A stretch of 64,000 nt of DNA from a virus, in the IMG/VR virus record IMGVR_UViG_3300037486_000582, positions 44,578 to 108,577 of that record. One strand, given 5' to 3'. Of the stretch, positions 55,400 through 64,000 are shown in pieces; the first letter of the stretch is position 1; the number at the start of each line of letters is the position of its first letter. The translations under genes and the position numbers were made by a program. The notes under the pieces were generated by a model, which was not told the DNA's origin, made no database searches, and worked only from the letters and a program-made list of their open reading frames with translations.

Positions 55400-56696
55400 C
55401 GGACGTCAACTCCGCGATGGGAGCGATCCGCGCGCACTCCAACTCGGTCGGCAACGTGACCGAGCCACCGCGCTTCCCTCCCCGGTTCTTCGCCACGTAG
55501 TACTCGATCTCGGAGCCGTCTTCGCTCATTCGCAACACGATCCAGAGGTCGGACACCCTGATCTTGTGCTGGGAGTCAGCACCGTCATCGGCGCCCTGCT
55601 TCTCCTTGCCGCCCTTCGCCTTCCGCCGGCTCTGGCACGCCGTCCAGACCCACCCGTGGCGCTTCACGGCGAACTCTTCCCGGAGCCCGCTGTAGACCTC
55701 GCGCATCCCTTCGTAGTCGCGCATCTTGCTGTGCCCGAGGAGGTCGGCGTAGTCCACGACCAAGAGATCGGCCTTCCAGCCTTTCCGCTGCTCGACCTGG
55801 TCGACCCACTCCATGAGGTCGGCGACCCTGGTCACCTCCGGCGCCCAATGCCCGACCTCGCACCGGCCGAGCGGAAGGTCCCCGAGCCGGTGCGCACAGT
55901 CCCGCTCCATCGAGCCTTCGATGATGGTGTCGATGGGGATGCCGGTCAGGTTCGCCATGAGCCGCGCGAGCCACTGCCCGTCGTTCAGCTCCAGCGTCGC
56001 GACCAGCACGTTGAACCCGCCCATCAGCGCGGACCCCGCCATGTGGCAGAGCAACATCGACTTGCCGTCGCCGCTTCCACCCATCGCGACGGACAGCGAG
56101 CTGATCGGCGGCCCGCCGCCCAGCTCCGTGTCCAGCTCGAGAATCCCCGTGCGGAGCCGGTCCGTCTGACGCAGGTTGCGCACGACGGCGAGCGCGTCCG
56201 GCCCAAGCTCCACTCCGGTGACGGCCTGAGTAGTTCCGAGTCGACTGGTCGCCTGGAGATGCTCGATCACGTCCGTCAGGTCGTCCCGGGTGGCGACCCG
56301 CTTCATGGCCATGCGCACGGCCTCTCGGTTTCGCCGTTCCTGGAGAACTGGAACGAGCTCGTGGACGACGCCGTCCACGGGCGGTGGGTTCTCCCAGTCC
56401 TCGAGTTCATCGACCAGGTCCGAGACGGCCATCACCTGTTCGTGTGTGACCCGCCCTTCGTGCCGCCAGCGCGCAACCCGCTGGACAACAAGCGTTCCGC
56501 TTCCAGGTCCCCGGCCCGTCTCCGCCGCAATCGCCGCCACCGCCTTCGCGAGCAGCTTCGCCTCCTCCGAGCCCAGCGCGTCGGGCTCGATGCTCCCTCC
56601 GACCTGTCCCCACACCCGCGGTTCGAGAACCAGATGGCGAAGGACCGCCAGCTCGAACGCACGGGTGAACCCGTACTGCTCTGTTCCGTCTGTCAT
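55377..56696 (-). CDS. DnaB-like replicative helicase
   Basis: TGILELD, GGSGDGKS, TLEL, LVVDYADL, WTACQ, AKNRGG. Confidence 0.9.
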   Translation of the reverse strand: MTDGTEQYGFTRAFELAVLRHLVLEPRVWGQVGGSIEPDALGSEEAKLLAKAVAAIAAETGRGPGSGTLVVQRVARWRHEGRVTHEQVMAVSDLVDELEDWENPPPVDGVVHELVPVLQERRNREAVRMAMKRVATRDDLTDVIEHLQATSRLGTTQAVTGVELGPDALAVVRNLRQTDRLRTGILELDTELGGGPPISSLSVAMGGSGDGKSMLLCHMAGSALMGGFNVLVATLELNDGQWLARLMANLTGIPIDTIIEGSMERDCAHRLGDLPLGRCEVGHWAPEVTRVADLMEWVDQVEQRKGWKADLLVVDYADLLGHSKMRDYEGMREVYSGLREEFAVKRHGWVWTACQSRRKAKGGKEKQGADDGADSQHKIRVSDLWIVLRMSEDGSEIEYYVAKNRGGKRGGSVTLPTELECARIAPIAELTSDDLPDLF

Positions 56697-56708
56697 GGTC
56701 GCCCCGGG

Positions 56709-58130
56709 TTATTGCGCTCCGTCGACCCAGATGAACGTCCCGCGTGCGGCGTCGTCGCGGAGCCCGCTCATCGCGGTGACGCAGCGTGAATGGACTTCCG
56801 CGAGCAGAGCCGCCGCGTGCTCCGCACCACGCGGGAAGAACTCGGAAACGACGGAACGTACCTGGTCGTCTCCGGCTGCTCCCGCCGTCCGCGCCACAAG
56901 GGCATCCAGCTTGCGCTCCATCGCACGGAAGCGGTACAGGAACGCCCGGCCGACCGGGTCGTAGGTGACGCGCCCGCCAAGGTGCCGCTGCCGGATACGG
57001 TACATTCGACGAACGCGCCCCTTCTGCACCTGGTCCCCGGACAGGACGAGCTTGATCGGCGGCTGCCCGCCCTTCTCACGCGACCACCACTCCAACGACC
57101 ACGCCACCCACTCAGCGGGCTCCACGCTATGCTCGGCGCAGGCAGCCCAGAAGTCCAGAGCAGCAACGCCGAGCTGCCCGTGACCCTTCGCCAGCGAGTG
57201 CGCCCGGACATCGTCCACGTTCTGGAGCGCCCGCCGAGCGGTCAGCCACAGCCGCCCGAGATGCCGACACACGTCGGGGCCGGCCGTCGTGGGCGTGGCC
57301 GGCGGCGGGTTCGGAGTACGAACGGCCAGCTCCGCGGAGCGCCCATCGGGCAGGCGCAGACTCGGCACGAACGGCAGCGCCAGCAGCTCCCGCACGCCCC
57401 GCCTTGGGGCTCCGTCCGGCGCGTCGGAAGGGCCTGCTGATGGGGCGACAACCCCCGCAACCCCGTCTCGATGTTCGACAAATTCCCCGCAAGGCGTGCC
57501 CTGCGTCCCGGACGCGGGGCACGTCTTACGAGCGAACGAAGTGAGCGAGTAAGACTCCATAGTTACCAACGTCATGTCCACGATGTCCTTCGCGGGCGCG
57601 CGGCTTCGCGCGAGCGCATGCACCGCCCCGGGCTGCACCTCCCCGTAGGGGAGGGCAGACTCCGCCCCGACTCCGTCTAGAACGCCGTCCTTTGGACTGG
57701 CCATCTTGCTTGCGGTGCCCAATCCTATTTCCAGAGTTGTTTCGCGCTGCTCCTCTGTTTGTCGCCCCGTTTGTCGCCCCGCTTGTCGCCCCGCTTGCCG
57801 CCCCGCCTGCGCGCCCACGTCCTTCCCGTTGCCGCGCCGCCCGCCTTCGGCCCGCCGCAAGGCAGCCTTCGGGACGACGTCGTCGGCACCGAGGACGGAG
57901 CCGCGCACCCGGCGCACGGACGACGAGCCTGACGCCGAGCTGAGCAACCCAGCGACCCGGAGGCGTTCCAGCGCGTGGCGCGTCTGCTTCGGGGTGAGCC
58001 CGGAGGCCGTCTCCATCTCGAACGCGCAGAGCGTCACGTAGCCTCCGTGGGCGGCGGCAACCAGCACCCGCCAGAGGCACGCAGCCGAGGTGCCCAGGTG
58101 TCGCTCTAGCTCGCCTTGGCCAAGTCGCAT
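56709..58130 (-). CDS. putative replication initiator (N-terminal wHTH, internal tandem repeats)
   Basis: METASGLTPKQTRHALERLRVAGLL; directly upstream of DnaB and primase; start uncertain. Confidence 0.45.
   Translation of the reverse strand: MRLGQGELERHLGTSAACLWRVLVAAAHGGYVTLCAFEMETASGLTPKQTRHALERLRVAGLLSSASGSSSVRRVRGSVLGADDVVPKAALRRAEGGRRGNGKDVGAQAGRQAGRQAGRQTGRQTEEQRETTLEIGLGTASKMASPKDGVLDGVGAESALPYGEVQPGAVHALARSRAPAKDIVDMTLVTMESYSLTSFARKTCPASGTQGTPCGEFVEHRDGVAGVVAPSAGPSDAPDGAPRRGVRELLALPFVPSLRLPDGRSAELAVRTPNPPPATPTTAGPDVCRHLGRLWLTARRALQNVDDVRAHSLAKGHGQLGVAALDFWAACAEHSVEPAEWVAWSLEWWSREKGGQPPIKLVLSGDQVQKGRVRRMYRIRQRHLGGRVTYDPVGRAFLYRFRAMERKLDALVARTAGAAGDDQVRSVVSEFFPRGAEHAAALLAEVHSRCVTAMSGLRDDAARGTFIWVDGAQ
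57757..57816. repeat. 12-bp tandem repeat x4-5 (iteron-like)
   Basis: G(T/C)TTG(T/C)CGCCCC units beside an AT-richer patch (57721-57742). Confidence 0.85.
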
Positions 58131-59533
58131 AGGGGTAACTGGGCCAGCGCGTGATCGCTCACGTCGAAGCCCTCCCGTTCGTAAGCCCGGCGCCGCGTCT
58201 TGGAGTGGCGCTCGAGCACAGGGGTGCCCACGTCGTTGATGTCCCACACGTCGAACCCGTCCTTCCCGTCGGGTCGGCGCATTCCACGACCGATTCTCTG
58301 GAGAGCAGCGATTGTGCTCTTGCCGCCCGCGCCGACGATGACGCTTGCGAGCGCCGGGATGTCGATGCCCTCCTGCCAGACGACCGAACAAATGACCACG
58401 TCCAGGTCGCCCCGTTCCAGGGACCGAATGGCGTTGCTCCGCGTCGCCTGCTGAGAGTTCCCCCACACGAACGCAACCCGAAGGCCTGCCTTCTCCATCA
58501 GCGTCCGGAGCGCCATTCCGTGCGCGGTCAGCTTGACGAAGACCAACGCGGGCTTCCGCGCGAACTTCGCGATGGCGACGAGTGCGTCGTTCCGTTCCTT
58601 CGACCGGACGACCGCCTCGCCGTAGACCCCGCGGTACGTTGGCCGGATGACGTACTGCTCGACTGGGACCATGCGCACCGTGGGAGCAGCCAGGACGCCA
58701 GCCTCGATGAGCGCCTCAGCACGGAGGCGGTAGACGACAGGACCGAGAGCGCCGACCGCCATCAGCGACCGCCTGTCCTCTCGGTCCAGCGGGGTGCCCG
58801 AGAGGCCGATCCTGTGCCGGGCGTGCACGAACTCCATGGCCACTCCGTAGAAGGTCCGCGCCGGAAGCGTGTGGGCCTCGTCCACGATGAGCCCGCGGGT
58901 TCCGGCGACCAGTGCCCGCCCTTCCGGCGCGGCGAGCTTGGCGTAGATGGTCTGGAACGTCCCGACGGTGAAGTCCCCAAGGTCGTGATGCCCGTCCCCG
59001 AACCGCGCGGCCGGGGCAAGGGCGAGCCCGTGCTCGGCCGTCCGCTTGTCGTACCGCTCGGCGACCTCGTACATGATGCTGGAGCGGTGAACCACGAACA
59101 GCCACTTCCCGGGCAACGCCCGGGTCAACCCGATTGCGACCTCCGTCTTTCCGCCTCCCGTTGCCAGCCAAAGCAACCCGCGCTCGCCCTTGATGGCCGC
59201 CTCCAGTGCGTCGCGCTGGTAGGGTCGCAGCCAAGCGAGGTCTGCGGCGGGGTCGCGCTGCAGCCCCGGCTGGCGGGCGTCCCGCCATTCCACGCTGAAC
59301 CCCTGCTCCTTCGCCCGGTCGTGTACCAAGCGGAGCAGCCCGCTCGGAAACGTGTCCGAGAGCGGATCGTATAGCCGGATGCGCGGAGGCTTGACCCGCT
59401 TCGCGCGCCCGCCCCGTTGCTGCCGGAAGGCGTTGCTCTCGTCCACGAAGGTCAGGTAGCCGATGAGCCACCTGGTCTCGTCGTCCGAAGCCGCAACCAC
59501 CCGCGTCGCGCAGTTGCCGATCTCGAGCTTCAT
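58106..59533 (-). CDS. superfamily 2 helicase (UvsW/ResIII-like)
   Basis: LRPYQ, ATGGGKT, IVDEAH, LSGTP, EGIDIP, QRIGRGMR. Confidence 0.92.
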   Translation of the reverse strand: MKLEIGNCATRVVAASDDETRWLIGYLTFVDESNAFRQQRGGRAKRVKPPRIRLYDPLSDTFPSGLLRLVHDRAKEQGFSVEWRDARQPGLQRDPAADLAWLRPYQRDALEAAIKGERGLLWLATGGGKTEVAIGLTRALPGKWLFVVHRSSIMYEVAERYDKRTAEHGLALAPAARFGDGHHDLGDFTVGTFQTIYAKLAAPEGRALVAGTRGLIVDEAHTLPARTFYGVAMEFVHARHRIGLSGTPLDREDRRSLMAVGALGPVVYRLRAEALIEAGVLAAPTVRMVPVEQYVIRPTYRGVYGEAVVRSKERNDALVAIAKFARKPALVFVKLTAHGMALRTLMEKAGLRVAFVWGNSQQATRSNAIRSLERGDLDVVICSVVWQEGIDIPALASVIVGAGGKSTIAALQRIGRGMRRPDGKDGFDVWDINDVGTPVLERHSKTRRRAYEREGFDVSDHALAQLPLCDLAKAS

Positions 59534-59760
59534 GCGGCCGCCTCGGACAAGATCATCGAGCGTACCGGCTCTGGGTAGTAGGCGCCGAGCTGGGCTGCAT
59601 GTACGAAGCGGAACCGCCCAATGCGGAGCCCTCCCACGGTGCCGCTGTCGATCAGTCTGTAGATCGTCGTCGCGTGGACGCCGGCCCGGCGAGCAGCCTC
59701 GTGGACGGTCATGTACCCGGCCCGCCGCATCTTATCCACCAACTTCCCTGGTCCTCCCAT
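59530..59760 (-). CDS. excisionase-type HTH (HTH_17) DNA-binding protein
   Basis: YMTVHEAARRAGVHATTIYRLIDSG...RIGR. Confidence 0.8.
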   Translation of the reverse strand: MGGPGKLVDKMRRAGYMTVHEAARRAGVHATTIYRLIDSGTVGGLRIGRFRFVHAAQLGAYYPEPVRSMILSEAAA

Positions 59761-59794
59761 GACTTCACCTCTCGCGGTCCGCTCCCGCGGCCGC

Positions 59795-60445
59795 CTACAC
59801 GGTGTCCGTGTAGTCCTCGCACCGAAGTTGCTCGCGGAGCGCCCGCTCCTCCTGACTCTTCGACTGCCACATCGGCGGGGTCACGAGGACGTGCCCCCAT
59901 GCGCCGGCGACCTCGTCCATCATGCGTGACCAGGGGTAGTGCGGCGCGCGGAGCCGCGCCTTCCGAATGTTCGCGATCGGGAGCTCAAGCCACGCCGTGC
60001 CGCGCTCCGCTATGAACGCGCGGGCCAGCCTGAAACGCTGGTCCTGCAACACCCGCAAGAGCAGCACGCGCCTCGGTCGCTGCATATACTGCGTCGCGCC
60101 GACAACCTTCGCGAACCACTTTGGCACGTACGGCCGGGACTCGGCCTTGGCGAGTTTGTAGCTTCCGTACGAGTACGCGAACCCGCCGATGTCTTGGACG
60201 ACGCGAACGCCTGCGTCCGCGGCAATGCCAAGCACCCCGGAATGGACGACCGTCATTCCCCGCCCCGCCCACCGGCGCTGCGCCTCAGCGACACGACACC
60301 AGTCGCTTTCGTGGTGCCCCATGCCGGCCACGTAGTTCTGCCCGCAGCGGTGGCACACAACGATGACCCGCGTCCGTCTGGGCTGAAGCCGCGCCTCCGC
60401 CTCGATGATCCTGGCCTCGTTGTCCGTCTCCGGATGGGCATACAT
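59795..60445 (-). CDS. hypothetical protein
   Basis: AAGGAG RBS; CHRC motif. Confidence 0.6.
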   Translation of the reverse strand: MYAHPETDNEARIIEAEARLQPRRTRVIVVCHRCGQNYVAGMGHHESDWCRVAEAQRRWAGRGMTVVHSGVLGIAADAGVRVVQDIGGFAYSYGSYKLAKAESRPYVPKWFAKVVGATQYMQRPRRVLLLRVLQDQRFRLARAFIAERGTAWLELPIANIRKARLRAPHYPWSRMMDEVAGAWGHVLVTPPMWQSKSQEERALREQLRCEDYTDTV

Positions 60446-60456
60446 GCCGCTCTCCT

Positions 60457-60987
60457 TCAGCGGAGCGCCAACGCCACCTCGCGCAGCGTCTCGTCTTCAC
60501 GGACTGCGGCGCACGTCGCCCTCGCGACGGCGCGAATGTCCTCGACGCGCACGCCCAGCCGCTTTGCCACAGCCGTCGCCGGCTCGTCGCCGAGCAGGTA
60601 GGTCAGGGCGAGTGCCCCATCCGGCCGTGCCTCGATGGCTTCCCGCAGCCGGCGGAAGGCGCGTGCCCGGTCCAGCAATCGGTCTGCCGACTCGGCCTCG
60701 CTGTGGAACTCCTCGAGCGGCACTGACCGCGTGTCGCAGAGCAGCGCGCCCAGCTTCCTGGTCCCGGCGTGGACCGGGCTCCACTGGTACACGACTTCGC
60801 GCCAGAGCGCGGTGTTGACCGCCCGCCAGACGTACGACGTGAGCAGCGCCCCGCCGTCCGCCTTCCAGGTGCGCTGGGCGCACGCAGCAGCTTCCCATGC
60901 CGTCTGGCCAAGGTCGTCGCGATCCGCGTGCGGATACCGTATCGCATACCGCTTGACCAGGGATTCAACGACCTTCTCGATTTCCAT
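60457..60987 (-). CDS. phage-encoded ECF-like RNA polymerase sigma factor
   Basis: DRDDLGQTAW ... LTSYVWRAV (region 2); AVAKRLGVRVEDIR (region 4 HTH). Confidence 0.7.
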   Translation of the reverse strand: MEIEKVVESLVKRYAIRYPHADRDDLGQTAWEAAACAQRTWKADGGALLTSYVWRAVNTALWREVVYQWSPVHAGTRKLGALLCDTRSVPLEEFHSEAESADRLLDRARAFRRLREAIEARPDGALALTYLLGDEPATAVAKRLGVRVEDIRAVARATCAAVREDETLREVALALR

Positions 60988-61399
60988 CGTCGCCTCCAGC
61001 CGCCCGCGGAGGAACCCGCGGGACCCGTCTTACAAGGCAACCGAAGCTCCGCACGGTCGACTCCAACTCGCGGAGCCCCGGTTCGTCGTAGGCGTCCCAC
61101 TCCGAGTTCCATAGGGGCACGCCCGATTCCTCGACCAGCATCCGCACAGGGTAGAACAGCACGGCGCTGCCGGAGAGCCGCGCCATGGCCACGTCCAGGA
61201 TGACGATCCGTCGCCGCGTCGGCTGGAGCGGTGCCTCCCGTGGCCCACCGAGCCGCCGGGAGGCCTCCTCGACTTGGACATTCCGAGCGTGCGCGGGCGG
61301 TAGGTGGAAGGTCAGCCAGGCCACGGCTTCCGCGTAGGCGCGCGGAAGCCGTGGCTTGACGGATGTCGGCGGCACCCTCGGCTGCCCGACCGTCTTCAT
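60965..61399 (-). CDS. hypothetical protein
   Basis: ATG 1 nt after upstream stop. Confidence 0.5.
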   Translation of the reverse strand: MKTVGQPRVPPTSVKPRLPRAYAEAVAWLTFHLPPAHARNVQVEEASRRLGGPREAPLQPTRRRIVILDVAMARLSGSAVLFYPVRMLVEESGVPLWNSEWDAYDEPGLRELESTVRSFGCLVRRVPRVPPRAAGGDDGNREGR

Positions 61400-61400
61400 C

Positions 61401-62597
61401 TCAGACCGTCTCTCCGGGCTGGATGTCCGCCGCGTTCAGGAACGGCAGCAGGTTGACGAGCGCGTGTTGCTTCGCGGAGCAGCCGGTGGCCAGCCGCGTC
61501 GAGATGGCGGCCCGCGCCGCGGTCACGACCAGGTCGTACACCGACGCGTCTGTGACGATCCGGTCGATGATGCCCCACAGCGCCTCCACACGCGCTTCCC
61601 GCCGTTCGCAGCGGTCACTCCGCACGAGCGCCGCGCAGGCGGCCATCACGGCGTCCGTCCTGTCCAGGCGGTGCGGTTCGTGCGTCCAGGCGATGCGTCC
61701 GTCGAGCAGCATCTCCGGGTCCGGAAGGGCAACGTCGACGATGAAGGTCACGAGCTGGGCACAGGCACCCGCCCCAACGAACGCGGTTATCAGGTCGTCG
61801 CGCACGGCCTCGTCGGCGCGATGGACGAAGCACCCGGCGAGCGCCCTGGTCGCCATCTCCCAGGTGCGGGGCGACGGCCACGCCCGACCGCGCGCCTCGC
61901 TCCCCGCCTCGGGCTGGTCGTGGAGGTGTTGCTCGAACGACTTGATGAAGGCGCCGACGATGCCCTTGGCCTTCGCAAAGGCGGCGGGCCAAGCGTTCAG
62001 CACCCGGGCTTCCTCGACCGTGGGGTCGAGGACGTCGTCGTCTTCATGCTCTGAGGTGCCGTTGACGCCGATGAGCCAGTCGCACCACTCGCGGGCGTCG
62101 GGCTTGTCGAAGTCGAGGTGACCGAAGCGGTTCGCGAGCGGCCCGCCCAGGTCATACCCGCCCACCGCGTCCATGACGCTGTTCGCGGCCGCGGTGAAGC
62201 GGATCATCTTGCTCAGCTCGTGGTCGCCCAGGAAGCCGTCCAGCACCATCCTGAGCAACGCCTTCTGGGTCTGCGGCTCGACCGTGGTCAGCTCGTCGGT
62301 GAGCACCACGCCCCGGCCGCCGCCTTCGACCTCGACGTCCGCGGCCCACGCGGGCGGCGCGAACTCCATGTACGTCGACTTCCCCTTCAGCACGGGGATC
62401 GGGAAGCCGCCGAAGTCCTCGGGCCGTCGGATGGACCCGAGCATGGTATTGCAGACCAGCCCGCACCGACGGGCGGCTTCCTCGATGCGGCGCGTCTTGC
62501 CCACGCCAGGCGGTCCCCAGAACAGCAGCGGCAAGCCCCACCGCCCGTTCAGCCCCGGGGTGAACCACGCGACCTTCAGTACGGCATTGATGTCCAT
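61401..62597 (-). CDS. MoxR-like AAA+ ATPase
   Basis: WGPPGVGKT, VLTDEL, AAAN, LANRFGH, SPRTW. Confidence 0.88.
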   Translation of the reverse strand: MDINAVLKVAWFTPGLNGRWGLPLLFWGPPGVGKTRRIEEAARRCGLVCNTMLGSIRRPEDFGGFPIPVLKGKSTYMEFAPPAWAADVEVEGGGRGVVLTDELTTVEPQTQKALLRMVLDGFLGDHELSKMIRFTAAANSVMDAVGGYDLGGPLANRFGHLDFDKPDAREWCDWLIGVNGTSEHEDDDVLDPTVEEARVLNAWPAAFAKAKGIVGAFIKSFEQHLHDQPEAGSEARGRAWPSPRTWEMATRALAGCFVHRADEAVRDDLITAFVGAGACAQLVTFIVDVALPDPEMLLDGRIAWTHEPHRLDRTDAVMAACAALVRSDRCERREARVEALWGIIDRIVTDASVYDLVVTAARAAISTRLATGCSAKQHALVNLLPFLNAADIQPGETV

Positions 62598-62734
62598 GAC
62601 CAGCCTCCTTCGCTTCTTTCCCCGCGGCCCGTCATCCGCGGTACTCGACCAGACCTCAGCTTACCCCTGCGTTGCATTCGTAGCAAGCGAAACATTGGCG
62701 GCGGAGTGATCCCTCCTGTTGCTCCACCGTGTGC

Positions 62735-64000
62735 TCACGCGCTAGCCCCTTCCACGTCGTCGGATTTGATCTCCACGAACTCGCCCCACGGCTGCGTTCC
62801 TGTCGGGAACCACGGCTTCTGCGCCCCGCGGCCGACGAGCAGCCACACGGTCTTGACCCCGGCGGGCGGGCGAGCGGGAGCCGGCCCCTGCCCGTCCGTC
62901 GCGAAGACCACGACCTCCGGCCGCGGCCGGAGCTTCTCGACCGCCTCGAACACGGGGCGGAAGTCCGTTCCGCCACCGCCGACCAGGGCGGCCAGCACCT
63001 CTCGGCGCGTCCTGACCTCGCGGAGTGCTCCAACCGTGGCGTCGCAGGCGATGAAGGTTGCCGACGCGCCGATTGCCTTCAGGATGCCGTCCGCCTCGCA
63101 GACTGCGTCGGCAAGCTCGCGCGGCGACATGGAGCCGCTCGTGTCCACGGCAATCGCCACGCGCGGAACGGGCTGGACCATGTCCGGGAGGATTGGCCGG
63201 CCCGGTCCGAACCCGTAGACGGCTTGGCGACGGCACGGTCGGCTGTACGTGTACGTCGTCGCCCCGGCGCGGTACTTCACGGCGGTTCGGCAGACCTCGC
63301 CGAGCTTGGTGCGCCAGTCGACCTTCGGCGGCTTCAGGAACTCCTCGGCCCAGCGCACGAGCCCGCCCGGAACGTCACCCCGCCCCTTTGCGGCCGCGGC
63401 ACGCACCGCTTCCGCGACCTGACGCTGGATGGCTCGCTGCTCGGCCGGGGTGCGGCCGACCTTGTCGGTCTGCGGCGCGTACGTCTTCTCGATGGGGAGC
63501 GGCCGGCCGCCGCCCGACCCGTCCCAGCCACCGCCGGCCACGGGCTTCTGCGGTGCGTTCTTTCCACACGCCGGGCAGTTGCCGTTGCTTCGGCTACCGC
63601 TGGCCTCTGGGCCGCCGCCAGCGTCGTCCTTCCCGGGTTGCCCGCCCTCGCCCTTCCCCGTTCCAGACTTCCCGCTGCGCGCTGCCTGGCCCTTCGCCTT
63701 GCCCTTCCCAGCACCCTCGCCCTCGCCCTCGCCCTCGGCGTCTTGGTCCTGCTCGCCCGGGTCGCCCTCCTCCGTGCCCTTGCCATTCTGCTCGCCGGCG
63801 GCGTCGCCCTTGCCCTGCTTCCCCTTGCCCTCACGGCCGCACTGCTGACAGCTCTGCTGCTCCTTGAGGAGCGCCCGGAAGTACGCCTCCGCGGTCCAGC
63901 CACGTTCCAGGCCGAACTTCTCGGCAAGGATTCCACCATCGTCTGGCAACGCGACGCCGGCCGCGACGAGGTCGTCGTTGATCTCCATGTCCGTCGCGAT
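62735..64000 (-). CDS. VWA-like / DUF2201 putative metallopeptidase domain protein (5' end beyond window)
   Basis: D.EIND, TAEAY, VDWR, AVDTSGSM, GGGGTDFRPVF, FATDG. Confidence 0.85.
   Translation of the reverse strand: MATDMEINDDLVAAGVALPDDGGILAEKFGLERGWTAEAYFRALLKEQQSCQQCGREGKGKQGKGDAAGEQNGKGTEEGDPGEQDQDAEGEGEGEGAGKGKAKGQAARSGKSGTGKGEGGQPGKDDAGGGPEASGSRSNGNCPACGKNAPQKPVAGGGWDGSGGGRPLPIEKTYAPQTDKVGRTPAEQRAIQRQVAEAVRAAAAKGRGDVPGGLVRWAEEFLKPPKVDWRTKLGEVCRTAVKYRAGATTYTYSRPCRRQAVYGFGPGRPILPDMVQPVPRVAIAVDTSGSMSPRELADAVCEADGILKAIGASATFIACDATVGALREVRTRREVLAALVGGGGTDFRPVFEAVEKLRPRPEVVVFATDGQGPAPARPPAGVKTVWLLVGRGAQKPWFPTGTQPWGEFVEIKSDDVEGASA

Noticed and set aside
9261-56696. Inteins or introns in terL, PolA, RecA or DnaB
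   Set aside because: Proteins are of ordinary length with no C...HN junctions or LAGLIDADG motifs seen
59530-59760. Excisionase as evidence of a temperate or prophage state
   Set aside because: No integrase, att site or host genes in the window; HTH_17 proteins are common regulators

Overview
A GC-rich (roughly 70%) segment of a large tailed-phage (Caudoviricetes-like) genome, with almost all genes on the minus strand. No integrase, tRNA, rRNA or CRISPR array was seen. Left to right: (1) a head module: a giant multidomain protein of at least 1519 aa that runs off the left edge and is missing from the ORF track (HxH repeats, three ASCH-like domains, a pol-beta-type nucleotidyltransferase, two LigD-type phosphoesterase domains and an ATP-dependent ligase), then a MuF/gp7 protein, a PBSX-type portal and the large terminase. 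(2) An early island driven by four copies of a ~130-bp sigma70-type promoter cassette, interleaved with a ParB + radical SAM + glycosyltransferase cluster. (3) A metalloprotease, a radical SAM/SPASM enzyme, and a DUF4417 gene followed by five tandem genes sharing an N-terminal MGGRG-polyGly tag with unrelated C-terminal bodies; this is the best candidate for an undescribed system. (4) Many small hypothetical genes, a repeat-rich non-coding region beside an HTH (small terminase-like) gene, a second, B12-type radical SAM enzyme and a Dam-like methylase. (5) A replication/recombination module: SbcCD, RecA, gp32-like SSB, UvsY-like protein, UDG-PolA fusion, primase, DnaB, a repeat-bearing putative initiator and an SF2 helicase, followed by a phage sigma factor and a MoxR/VWA pair. 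A 10-bp motif, GCKCAATRAC, precedes about 18 genes and looks like the -10 element of a phage-specific promoter. All assignments come from motifs read by eye; no searches were run. Start codons were often re-chosen from RBS or overlap evidence.
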